Assembly (NCBI GenBank): GCA_035549315.1
Contig: DASZRC010000012.1
Location: 5,082-69,081 of the forward strand
Source of the DNA: Patescibacteria group bacterium
Lineage (GTDB): Bacteria > Patescibacteriota > Microgenomatia > Levybacterales > GWA1-39-11
Reading direction: 5' to 3'
Length of the DNA: 64,000 bases
This document shows positions 55,982 through 64,000 of this stretch, in pieces. A program made the translations under genes and the position numbers. Each line of letters opens with the position of its first letter. Position 1 is the stretch's first letter. The notes beneath the pieces are model-generated. The model worked only from the letters and a program-made list of their open reading frames with translations, did no database searches and was not told the origin of the DNA.

Positions 55982-56076
55982 GGCTCATTTTACCACGGAA
56001 GTATTAAGTTTGGTTAAGAAGGGTAGGGTGTGATAAAATTAGCCTCATCCCACCTCTCTCGAAGAGCAGGATAAAT

Positions 56077-56910
56077 ATGAAAGTAGGTACTGTTGCACTC
56101 ATTGGAAGACCAAATTCTGGTAAATCTACGCTAATTAATAATTTGGTGGGTCACAAGGTGGCAATTACTTCCCCAAAACCACAGACTACGCAGTTCTCAA
56201 CATACGCAGTTTATGAAGATGAATACGCGCAAATTGTCTTTGTTGACACTCCCGGAATATTTTCTATGTCACAAAAAAAAGATGTAAATTTGGAAGCAGA
56301 GAGAACTCTTAAAAATGACATAGACGTTATCTTGTATATTGTTGACCATACAAGACGCCGCGGGACAGAAGAAAACAAAGTGTTAGGAATACTTAGAAAG
56401 ATAAATAAGCCCAAAATTTTGGTGATTAATAAAATAGATAAAAAAGAGCCATCATACCTTGAGGAATACAAATTTTTGGAGGATGAGTTTGACGCAACCA
56501 TAGAAGTTTCAGCGCTTAAAAACAAAGGTTTGCCCCTTCTTGTTAATGAAATTTTAGAGCATCTCAAAGAGGGCGAGAAAATCATTGTTAAAGAGGATAT
56601 GCCAACTCCGGCAATGAATCTTGATTCCAAGTTGTACATTGCAGAAAATATCCGCGAAAAAGCATTTCTAGTCCTAAGGGATGAGCTTCCATATCATATA
56701 CGAGTAGAAGTAGATGAAGTTACGCCACGAAAAGATAATCTTTATTACATTAAGGCTCGTATAATAACTACTCAAGACAGATACAAAAAAATGATAATTG
56801 GTGCCGGTGGACAAAGGATTAAAGTTATAGGTAGCATGACTAGAAAAGAACTAGAGGTGGCAACGGGACAAAAAATTTACCTTGATCTTAGCGTGGAGGT
56901 TGAGGAATAG
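56077..56910 (+). CDS. era: GTPase Era (short form, 277 aa)
   Basis: G1 'GRPNSGKST', G3 'DTPG', G4 'NKID', C-terminal KH domain. Confidence 0.85.
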   Translation: MKVGTVALIGRPNSGKSTLINNLVGHKVAITSPKPQTTQFSTYAVYEDEYAQIVFVDTPGIFSMSQKKDVNLEAERTLKNDIDVILYIVDHTRRRGTEENKVLGILRKINKPKILVINKIDKKEPSYLEEYKFLEDEFDATIEVSALKNKGLPLLVNEILEHLKEGEKIIVKEDMPTPAMNLDSKLYIAENIREKAFLVLRDELPYHIRVEVDEVTPRKDNLYYIKARIITTQDRYKKMIIGAGGQRIKVIGSMTRKELEVATGQKIYLDLSVEVEE

Positions 56911-57425
56911 TGGCAGAAACATTAATAAGGAGGAATGATCTTGACACCTCCGAATTACCAGAAGATCCATATATATTTAATAAAGGCGTTGCTGAATTCG
57001 CATATGAGGAAGTTAGGCGTGAAGTGAGACAAAGACTAAGCTATACACCGGAAGAAGCACTGAGAATGGGTGGTAGGATTGTGGCATATGAAATGATGCA
57101 GGTCTATGCTCAGTTAGATGCAAATACTAGTCAGATAGATTTGGTTCGTTTAAGAAGGGAAAGACGAGACTTGGAAGCAATTTATGCAGACATGGTCGTA
57201 AGAGGAGATTACGCATCTGCCATAGACCATCTTAAATTAAAACTCGGGGTAAGTATCGATGATGGCGCAAGAAGGCTTATAGGTATAATGCCTGAAACAG
57301 GCGCTAGATTTGAAAGACTTAATAATTCTTATGAAGAACCAAAATATATCTTGGGGTATACGGAAAAAATGCGAAAACTTGGAAAACTCAATAGACCTTT
57401 TGGTCATCCCCTAGAATCCTGCTAG
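56910..57425 (+). CDS. hypothetical protein (GTG start overlapping era stop)
   Basis: 171-aa ORF; no motif recognised. Confidence 0.45.
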   Translation: MAETLIRRNDLDTSELPEDPYIFNKGVAEFAYEEVRREVRQRLSYTPEEALRMGGRIVAYEMMQVYAQLDANTSQIDLVRLRRERRDLEAIYADMVVRGDYASAIDHLKLKLGVSIDDGARRLIGIMPETGARFERLNNSYEEPKYILGYTEKMRKLGKLNRPFGHPLESC

Positions 57426-58054
57426 AAGCCTAGAACTTTTTTAACAAGGATTACTTTGGTTCTTTCTTTGTTCATGTCATTTTCACTATTCATCACAAAA
57501 AATCTTCTTGGATTACTTCCTGTTGTTGTGTTATAAAACTCATTAATTCTTATACTTTCGAGTGGAAGAGAGTGTTTATAAATTCTTTCTATTCCCTCAT
57601 CTATATCTTTTACTAACTTATGAACTCCTATTACAAAAACAACATGGTCAGCGCCATATGCATAGCCGGGAATTTGGCTTCCGGAGCCACTTGCAAGCAT
57701 TATTCTTCCGTCTTTTGTTACAGCGTGAGCAGACCCAACTGCATACTCTGGGACTGATCCAACCATTCTTTTTTCTCGGGCTTGGGCTGGAGTTTCTGCC
57801 GGCATTGAGGCAACTTTATTTTTTAGTGAGACAAACTTGCCGGATTCATTAATTTCTTTTGTTATGCCAAGAGCATCTAGAGTTTTTGAAGTGTTGGTAA
57901 ACACTTCTGAGCCTTCCGGCACTAGTTCAAAAAATTTCTTTCTTGCTTCTTCTTCTGTCTCAACAACAAAAGTTTCAAAGTTGTTAGAAGCCAGTGCATC
58001 TGCATGCTCTTTGATTACAGTGTCAGTTGGTATTTGTGTCCACTTATCGTCCAT
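57422..58054 (-). CDS. LUD-domain (LutC/YkgG-like) protein
   Basis: 'GRIMLASGSGSQIPGYAYGADHVVFVIGVHKLV' resembles the LUD/DUF162 core; tentative. Confidence 0.45.
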   Translation of the reverse strand: MDDKWTQIPTDTVIKEHADALASNNFETFVVETEEEARKKFFELVPEGSEVFTNTSKTLDALGITKEINESGKFVSLKNKVASMPAETPAQAREKRMVGSVPEYAVGSAHAVTKDGRIMLASGSGSQIPGYAYGADHVVFVIGVHKLVKDIDEGIERIYKHSLPLESIRINEFYNTTTGSNPRRFFVMNSENDMNKERTKVILVKKVLGF

Positions 58055-58055
58055 A

Positions 58056-58328
58056 TTATATTTGTGTTATTTTTTTAATATCAATTCCAATACTTTTTAA
58101 ATATTTACTGTTAACTTTGTAATAGCAGTTAACTCCTTTTTTTGATTCTATTAATACATCTGCATCTACAAGCTTTCCTATGTGGTGAGATAGAGTAGGT
58201 TGGGATTTACCGGTTCTCTCCTTTATTTCCGGGCAAATTCCTTTATGGCCGGCGAGTAAATCACGAATTATTTCAACGCGTGTCTCATCTGAAAGTGCAT
58301 CTAATACTTTTACTACTTTATCTGCCAT
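58056..58328 (-). CDS. ArsR/SmtB-family transcriptional regulator
   Basis: 'LSDETRVEIIRDLLAGHKGICPEIKERTGKSQPTLSHHIGKLVDADVL' ArsR-type wHTH. Confidence 0.7.
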   Translation of the reverse strand: MADKVVKVLDALSDETRVEIIRDLLAGHKGICPEIKERTGKSQPTLSHHIGKLVDADVLIESKKGVNCYYKVNSKYLKSIGIDIKKITQI

Positions 58329-58417
58329 AGATTAATATATTTAAATATTTCGATATATCAATATAACACTACTTATCTTTTTTGTCAAGCAACTGATTTA
58401 TTGGTATAATTCATTCA

Positions 58418-59500
58418 GTGATGAAAAAGATTAAGGTAGGAATAATCTTTGGTGGTAAATCCTCAGAACACGAAATTTCTATAATGTCAGCCAGAAATGT
58501 TTTTTCTGCACTAGATCCCAAAAAATATGAACCTCTTCTGATTGGAATATCAAAAAATGGCAAATGGTATTTACAGGAGGATACGGATAAGTTTAGTTCT
58601 TCAGCAACATTAATGCTACAAAACTTAGAAAATGAGGTTAGATTAGTCACAAAGAACGATGATACAAATCTAGTCTCCAGCATTAATAATTTTTCGAGCA
58701 AAATTGATGTGGTTTTTCCGGTTCTTCATGGAACAAATGGTGAAGACGGAACTGTTCAGGGTTTACTAAAGCTTGCGGGTGTTCCATTTGTTGGGTCTGG
58801 AGTCCTAGGATCAGCAATAGGAATGGATAAGGACGTGGCAAAAAGATTGCTTCGGGACGCTGGAATTTTAATTGCTAAATTTATAGTTTTTAGAAAAGGT
58901 GAAGAGATAGACTATGCAAAAGTAGTAAAGCAATTAGGATTACCAATGTTTGTAAAACCTGCCAATAATGGATCTTCTATTGGAATCTCAAAAGTAAAAA
59001 ATAAGTCTCAATTTAGCCAGGCAATCCGGGATGCATTTCGGTTTGATAGAAAAATATTAATAGAGGAAGCTATCAAAGGACGGGAGATAGAATGTTCTGT
59101 TTTGGGAAATGGAACACCAAAAGCTTCAATTCCCGGGGAAATAATAACCACACATGAATTTTACGATTACGAAGCAAAATATTTTGATAAAAATGGAGCA
59201 AGAACAGAAATTCCTGCCAAGCTTTCCTCTAATACAATTAAATTAATTCAGGAAACAGCTTGCCGTGCATTTCAAGTATTAAATTGTGAGGGGATGGCGC
59301 GGGTAGATTTCTTTGTAACTAAAGAGGGGAAAGTTTATGTAAATGAAATTAATACTATTCCGGGGTTTACTAACATAAGTATGTATCCAAAACTTTGGGA
59401 AGCAAGTGGAGTTTCATATTCTAGATTAATTGATGAATTAATTGACTTAGCGATTAAGCGTTTTGAAGAAGAAAAGAAATTGCAAACTACATACGCTTGA
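58418..59500 (+). CDS. ddl: D-alanine--D-alanine ligase
   Basis: N-terminal 'KIKVGIIFGGKSSEHEISIMSARNV', ATP-grasp 'FVKPANNGSSIGISKV', C-terminal 'EINTIPGFT'. Confidence 0.85.
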   Translation: MMKKIKVGIIFGGKSSEHEISIMSARNVFSALDPKKYEPLLIGISKNGKWYLQEDTDKFSSSATLMLQNLENEVRLVTKNDDTNLVSSINNFSSKIDVVFPVLHGTNGEDGTVQGLLKLAGVPFVGSGVLGSAIGMDKDVAKRLLRDAGILIAKFIVFRKGEEIDYAKVVKQLGLPMFVKPANNGSSIGISKVKNKSQFSQAIRDAFRFDRKILIEEAIKGREIECSVLGNGTPKASIPGEIITTHEFYDYEAKYFDKNGARTEIPAKLSSNTIKLIQETACRAFQVLNCEGMARVDFFVTKEGKVYVNEINTIPGFTNISMYPKLWEASGVSYSRLIDELIDLAIKRFEEEKKLQTTYA

Positions 59501-59553
59501 CCCAAATTTAATTGGAGTTGATTTTTGCCTCAATATTCTTCTTAATATAACTA

Positions 59554-60435
59554 ATGCCTGATTTTAAGTTTACAAATATTCCTTCTCTTGAAAACTGGAT
59601 AATACAGGCTCCAAAGCGAGCAAAAAGGCCAGATATCCATAAAAAGAAGGACGAACATTTTTGTCCTTTTGATCCTGGCCATGAAAAAGAAAATCCTGAG
59701 ACATATAGAATTGGTGGAGAGCCGGGAGATAAAAAGTGGTCTGTTAAGGTTGTAAAAAACAAATTTCCATTTGCTCCAATTCACGAGGTTATAATCCATT
59801 CACCAAGGCATGTTAAGAGCCTTTCGGAGCTGCCTGTTGAGCAGGTAAAGCTTGTAATAGAGGCATTTGTTAACAGATTTAATGCATATTTACGAGATGG
59901 TACAGTCTGTATATTCTCAAACTCCGGCCATGATGCAGGAGAAAGTATTGGCCATTCACATTCCCAGCTCGCCGTGGTTCCAAAAGAGGTTCCAATTGTT
60001 GTGCCTGTATTGGAAGATTTCCTCGATTACAGGAGAGAGCACTTGATTGTTAAAGATTTTGAATTGGTTTCTCCTCCATATTCTCAGTGGCCGGATGAGG
60101 TTTGGATAATACCAAGTGAACGCGGAAAATTGTTTGGAGAGATAACCTATGATGAAATGGAAAATCTTGCGTACGTTTTAAGAAGAGTTATATATATTTT
60201 TGAAGCAAGACACGGTAATGATTTCCCTTATAATTTTTATATCTATCCTCATCGTGATTGGTATCTAAGAATTATGCCAAGAGCAAAGATTGCAGGAGGG
60301 TTTGAGATTGCAACGGGAATATTTGTTAATACTCAGGATCCAAAGGATACAATGGAGTTTATTAAAAAACACTTCTTTGAGCCGGAGGAAGAAAAGATTA
60401 AAAAACACGCAGCAGAATACAGAAAAGGAGTCTAA
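59554..60435 (+). CDS. galactose-1-phosphate uridylyltransferase-like HIT-family nucleotidyltransferase (GalT/ADP-glucose phosphorylase type)
   Basis: N-terminal Zn-site-like 'CPFDPGHE', HIT-like 'GHSHSQLAVVP'; 293 aa, short-type enzyme. Confidence 0.65.
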   Translation: MPDFKFTNIPSLENWIIQAPKRAKRPDIHKKKDEHFCPFDPGHEKENPETYRIGGEPGDKKWSVKVVKNKFPFAPIHEVIIHSPRHVKSLSELPVEQVKLVIEAFVNRFNAYLRDGTVCIFSNSGHDAGESIGHSHSQLAVVPKEVPIVVPVLEDFLDYRREHLIVKDFELVSPPYSQWPDEVWIIPSERGKLFGEITYDEMENLAYVLRRVIYIFEARHGNDFPYNFYIYPHRDWYLRIMPRAKIAGGFEIATGIFVNTQDPKDTMEFIKKHFFEPEEEKIKKHAAEYRKGV

Positions 60436-60980
60436 CTTACTCTCGAAACTGATTTTTGTACGTACCACCTGATTTCATTTTCATACTTTTCACCAAATTG
60501 TTGCCAGTGGCTGGGAAAAACTCCTTCTCTCCTATATTTCAAATATTTTTTAATATTGGTAAATAATTTAGCTCTGGATTTATGACCTAGCTTATCTATT
60601 CTTGAAGGGGTAGACTCTATTAATTCGTGCTTGCCGGCTAGTCTTATTCCGATGCTCTTTTTTTTTGTGGCTTTTTTAGTTCGCTCCTTTTGCGTGTTAC
60701 TTGCGATCACCTTTTCTGTAGCTGTTTCTAAGATAGTGCTTGTAGTTTCTGCTGGTTCAATATTAACCGGTAGATCCTGACTAACAAATGGATTGGTTTT
60801 TGTTTCTATTAAAGTAGGAGGGTTAACTGCGGCAAGTATATCTCTAATTGGAAAGAGATTTGTTCTGGTTCTCAATCCTAAGTCTATCCTTGGTCTTGGA
60901 AGATACTTGCTATCTATAGGGTGTACACCTGTATGGAAATTGTGTGGTAATGCTTTAGGACCTCCTTCGGTGTGAGACAT
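60432..60980 (-). CDS. hypothetical basic protein
   Basis: 182-aa Lys/Arg-rich ORF where rplJ would be expected; not L10-like. Confidence 0.4.
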   Translation of the reverse strand: MSHTEGGPKALPHNFHTGVHPIDSKYLPRPRIDLGLRTRTNLFPIRDILAAVNPPTLIETKTNPFVSQDLPVNIEPAETTSTILETATEKVIASNTQKERTKKATKKKSIGIRLAGKHELIESTPSRIDKLGHKSRAKLFTNIKKYLKYRREGVFPSHWQQFGEKYENEIRWYVQKSVSRVS

Positions 60981-61000
60981 ATTGATAAATAAGTTGAATC

Positions 61001-61843
61001 TTAAGCTTGGATTGAGATTCCCGGGCTCATTGTGGACTTGAGTGTCACGCTGTTGATTTTGCTTGATCCAACAGAGGAGAGTAATGTTTTGATATTTTCT
61101 GCAATTTGTTTGTCTTCAAAAGATAATTTTCCTACGGAAACATGGATAATTGGAGCTTGAGCTTCTGTTTTGTAGTTTATTTGTCCTGCAGATAATTTTT
61201 CAATAACACTTTTTGTATCTGTTGTAATTGTTCCTGCTTTTGGATTAGGCATGAGCCCACGTGGTCCCAAAACCTTTGCAACGCGAGCAAGCTTTGGCAT
61301 CATATCCGGTGTTGCTACCAAAATATCAAAATCAATCTTACCCTTTTCAATTTCTGCAATTATAGCTTCATCTGCAACTTTGATTCTCAATTTTTTACCT
61401 GTTCCGTGTGGAAGTACAACTTGTCCATTTACTCCCTTTTCTTTTGTGTTTATGTGTAATTCTACTGTTTCATCAAATCCACCTTTTTTAAACTTTCTAA
61501 GCATTTCAACAGCGGTTGTTATAGGGTAGGCAGTTTTTGCTGCAACTAGACCAGAGTTGGAAATGTGCCTTTTTGAGTGAACGCGAGCCTCTTTTTTAGT
61601 TTTTTGGTTTTGACTCTTGGTTTTTGGTTTATCTTCAGTAGTTTCAGTTGGCGCTGAATCTAGGGAGGCTGCAATATCTTCTTCTGTTACCCCAACGGAG
61701 TTAATTCTTTCTCCACCACCAAGGTTTACACCTTTAACTTGAGCTTTTTTTGCAGCTTTTGCTTCTGCCTTTTTCTTTTGCTCTTCAATTTGTTCTAATT
61801 CAGCTTGTTCGTCTCCTACGACGCGTACTTTTACTTTTCCCAT
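61001..61843 (-). CDS. rplA: 50S ribosomal protein L1 with ~85-aa K/E/A-rich N-terminal extension
   Basis: Core 'VVLPHGTGKKLRIKV...VLGPRGLMPNPKAGTIT' L1 signatures; start set at MGKVKVRV (61843), 4 nt after the rplK stop, instead of the overlapping track start. Confidence 0.85.
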   Translation of the reverse strand: MGKVKVRVVGDEQAELEQIEEQKKKAEAKAAKKAQVKGVNLGGGERINSVGVTEEDIAASLDSAPTETTEDKPKTKSQNQKTKKEARVHSKRHISNSGLVAAKTAYPITTAVEMLRKFKKGGFDETVELHINTKEKGVNGQVVLPHGTGKKLRIKVADEAIIAEIEKGKIDFDILVATPDMMPKLARVAKVLGPRGLMPNPKAGTITTDTKSVIEKLSAGQINYKTEAQAPIIHVSVGKLSFEDKQIAENIKTLLSSVGSSKINSVTLKSTMSPGISIQA

Positions 61844-61847
61844 AAAA

Positions 61848-62270
61848 TTATTCTGTTTGAATTCCCATTGACCTTGCAACACCTTTAACTATCTTTGCTG
61901 CCTGACCAACGTCTTTTGTATTAAGATCTTCGAGTTTTATTTCTGCAATGTCTCTTGCTTGTTGGTCTGTTAATTTTCCGGCAACATCCCGCCCTGGTTT
62001 AGAAGAAGCCTTTTCAAGCTTAAGAGCTTTTTTGATAAGTTCTGGGACTGGTGGTTTTTTAACTATGAAAGAAAAAGTTCTATCTTCATAAACTGTTATA
62101 ACAACAGGAAGAACAGTACCTTTTTGATCTGCGGTTTTGTCATTGAATGCCTTAACGAAATCCATTATAGGAAGTCCGTGTGGTCCAAGAGCTGTACCAA
62201 CCGGAGGTGCAGGAGTTGCCTCTCCACCTTTTACGTTTAATTTTATAAGTGTCTTAATCTTTTTAGCCAT
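61848..62270 (-). CDS. rplK: 50S ribosomal protein L11
   Basis: 'MAKKIKTLIKLNVKGGEATPAPPVGTALGPHGLPIMDFVKAFN' canonical L11. Confidence 0.9.
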   Translation of the reverse strand: MAKKIKTLIKLNVKGGEATPAPPVGTALGPHGLPIMDFVKAFNDKTADQKGTVLPVVITVYEDRTFSFIVKKPPVPELIKKALKLEKASSKPGRDVAGKLTDQQARDIAEIKLEDLNTKDVGQAAKIVKGVARSMGIQTE

Positions 62271-62295
62271 GTTTTTTGTTTTAAGTTTTAGTTAT

Positions 62296-62835
62296 TTAGA
62301 TTTTCGAAACTTGGAGAAAATCCAATTCTACGGGTGTTTCACGTCCAAAAATGGAAACGAGTACCTTAACTTTTCCTTTCTCTTCATCAATTGATTCAAT
62401 TGAACCAAGAAAGTCTGAGAATGGACCGTCGTTGATTTTAACAGCTTCACCGGCAGAAAAGGAAGACCTGAAAACAGGCGTCTTCATCTCTACAAACTTT
62501 AGGATTGCGTCAACTTCGTCGTCTCTGACAGGAGTTGGTTTATTCATTGTGCCTACAAAGGAAGTAACTCCGGGAGTTGTGCGGACAAGTAGCCATGCCT
62601 CGTCATCCAAAATCATTTTTACAAAGATATATCCGGCAAAAATCTTTTCCTTTACGGTCTCTTTTTTACCAGATCTTACCTTTACAATTTCTTTTGTTGG
62701 TACCAAAACATCAAGAATTCTATCTTTGAAACCCATAGCATCAACCCTTTGCATAAGAGTTTTTGCTACTTTGTTTTCGTGTCCGGAATATGTGTGAACA
62801 ATAAACCAGCGTGCTTTGTTTTCAGTAATATCCAT
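62296..62835 (-). CDS. nusG: transcription termination/antitermination factor NusG
   Basis: 'WFIVHTYSGHENKV' NGN domain and C-terminal KOW 'GEAVKINDGPFSDFLGSIESID'. Confidence 0.9.
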   Translation of the reverse strand: MDITENKARWFIVHTYSGHENKVAKTLMQRVDAMGFKDRILDVLVPTKEIVKVRSGKKETVKEKIFAGYIFVKMILDDEAWLLVRTTPGVTSFVGTMNKPTPVRDDEVDAILKFVEMKTPVFRSSFSAGEAVKINDGPFSDFLGSIESIDEEKGKVKVLVSIFGRETPVELDFLQVSKI

Positions 62836-62847
62836 ATTTATTTGATC

Positions 62848-63039
62848 CTAACTTATGAGAAGTCCCAGAAGATTTGTGAATCCGTAGTCGGCTGCACCTA
62901 GGTAAACACCTACAATTGCACTAATCACAAGAACTATAATTGTAAGCCTGACTACATCAGCGCTTGTTGGCCATGTTACCTTTTCGAGCTCTGATCTCAC
63001 TTCCTTCAGGAACGTGAACATATTTGACAATTTTACCAC
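62848..63039 (-). CDS. secE: preprotein translocase subunit SecE
   Basis: 63 aa, 'FLKEVRSELEKVTWPT' then a single TM; conserved position upstream of nusG. Confidence 0.8.
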   Translation of the reverse strand: MVKLSNMFTFLKEVRSELEKVTWPTSADVVRLTIIVLVISAIVGVYLGAADYGFTNLLGLLIS

Positions 63040-63067
63040 AGGCTCGGGTTGCTTGTAAAGCGTGGGG

Positions 63068-63553
63068 TTAAGTGAATCTATCGTAGTGCCTGGTTTTAAA
63101 AAGATCTAGTAGAAAGTGGTTGAAAAACTCCTGTGGGGACATGTGTATTGAGATCAATATAAGGTAGTCAATTGCCAGTAGTAAAAATGCAAACATTATT
63201 ACCTCCCGTAGCTTATGTCTACCATTAATAAAAAGAACCACTCCAATAATAGGTGAGGCAACAAGGAGAAGGTCAAGGAGTGAACTGACGGGGCAATCTT
63301 TTATTTTTATAATATTGCCCCCATTGATTCCTACACAAAAGAAGGTGGATAGGCCGCCGAATACTGATAAGAAATATTGCAGGCCTAGAGTTGCCAGAAT
63401 TGTGAAAAAATAAGTTCTAAAAAGAGGACTAAAGCCCTTTTTTGTTTTAGTCTTAGGCATACCTTGAGTATGATTGACCCCAAAAAATAAGTCAATGTGT
63501 ATTGGTTTACTTGGGGGAATTTCCGGGCTTCTCCGGTTGATTTCTTTTATCAA
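63068..63553 (-). CDS. hypothetical membrane protein
   Basis: 3-4 hydrophobic helices; start uncertain (overlaps upstream ORF by 47 nt; an internal Met is possible). Confidence 0.4.
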   Translation of the reverse strand: MIKEINRRSPEIPPSKPIHIDLFFGVNHTQGMPKTKTKKGFSPLFRTYFFTILATLGLQYFLSVFGGLSTFFCVGINGGNIIKIKDCPVSSLLDLLLVASPIIGVVLFINGRHKLREVIMFAFLLLAIDYLILISIHMSPQEFFNHFLLDLFKTRHYDRFT

Positions 63554-63812
63554 CTGTTCTATTTAGAAACCTTTGATCATAATACATGTGTGCTGCCTCT
63601 CTTCTAGTAATATCTCTGCCCCTATTAGAATACCTATCCTGAATGGCTTGAATTGATCGCCCGTCAACATTCAGATCTATAATTTCTTGAATAGTATCTT
63701 TCGGCTCTAAGTCGTACATAGATGAAAATTCCTTTACATCGTCAGGGGTAATTCCAATAGGTTCAAAAGTATAGGGCAAGTCTGGAAAGTCGTTTTGTTC
63801 AGGGTTAGCCAT
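63507..63812 (-). CDS. hypothetical protein
   Basis: 101-aa acidic ORF; no motif. Confidence 0.35.
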   Translation of the reverse strand: MANPEQNDFPDLPYTFEPIGITPDDVKEFSSMYDLEPKDTIQEIIDLNVDGRSIQAIQDRYSNRGRDITRREAAHMYYDQRFLNRTVDKRNQPEKPGNSPK

Positions 63813-63870
63813 AAGGTTATTTTACAACCCTGTTTGTTTATTTCAATAACATTTTGATTATAATAATTGT

Positions 63871-64000
63871 ATGGATGATGCAGTGGAAGCAAGGAAGTTA
63901 CTTGATAAGCTCCAGAGTGGAACTTTGTGTACGATTTCGTCTGTAAACGCGGAGAATAAGCCGGAATCTGCATTAGTTGGGTATGCAATGACCGATAATC
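63871..64000 (+). CDS. partial CDS (5' end), PNPOx-like FMN-binding split-barrel family
   Basis: 'MDDAVEARKLLDKLQSGTLCTISSVNAENKPESALVGYAMTDN' resembles the N-terminus of pyridoxamine-5'-phosphate-oxidase-like proteins; truncated by the window edge. Confidence 0.35.
   Translation, partial: MDDAVEARKLLDKLQSGTLCTISSVNAENKPESALVGYAMTDN

Noticed and set aside
61844-61882. Longer L1 start (MLQGQWEFKQNNF...) from the ORF track
   Set aside because: Overlaps the 3' end of rplK by 35 nt; the ATG at 61843 sits 4 nt after the rplK stop and begins MGKVKVRV.
1-64000. Search for integrase, transposase, relaxase or phage structural genes that could explain the cassette array and tRNA scars
   Set aside because: No ORF showed the R..H..R..Y tyrosine-recombinase tetrad pattern, DDE motifs or serine-recombinase N-terminal motif. 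The absence is noted as a finding rather than a feature.

Overview
Low-GC (~36-38%) bacterial chromosome fragment with small genes and an unusually high density of secreted or membrane-anchored proteins carrying Pro/Thr-rich linkers. This content, together with the short Era, short alpha-glucan phosphorylase and extended L1, is compatible with a CPR/Patescibacteria-like or other reduced monoderm genome; that is an inference, not a database result. Ordinary core content: secE-nusG-rplK-rplA cluster (61-63 kb), rpmG, tRNA-Tyr, tRNA-Thr, tRNA-Trp, rnhB, era, ddl, a glycogen module (GT35 phosphorylase, GlgA-like synthase, GalT-like HIT transferase), an ABC transporter pair, two PAP2 phosphatases, an L,D-transpeptidase, oxidoreductases and an inositol monophosphatase. 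Unusual content: (1) a ~5.4 kb array of single-gene cassettes downstream of tRNA-Trp (47.1-52.5 kb). Each small same-strand ORF is followed by a degenerate copy of the tRNA-Trp 3'-end core (GCAGG[G/C]C...), including two ~113-nt near-identical copies, and most carry their own promoter; no integrase is visible. (2) A 2,7xx-aa protein (4.9-13.1 kb) with an N-terminal M23 peptidase domain followed by four ~1.6 kb tandem repeats, each containing BNR/Asp-box sialidase-like propeller signatures. (3) A four-gene cell-surface cluster (40.9-47.1 kb). It includes a 1,355-aa protein made of 12 ~90-aa sub-repeats with a recent ~1.78 kb internal tandem duplication, and a C-terminal ~130-aa domain shared with a neighbouring 170-aa protein. 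(4) A ~1 kb GC-rich (~48-50%) islet (28.1-29.1 kb) holding three GTG-initiated small ORFs with strong SD sites, including a 4-Cys zinc-ribbon and a 32-aa TM peptide. Further items: a degenerate Fic-like protein, an internally duplicated OmpR-type winged-helix regulator, a tRNA-Tyr-associated pseudo-tRNA fragment, and a recurrent promoter-associated motif TTAGCCTCAA. No CRISPR array, cas gene, transposase or integrase was recognised.
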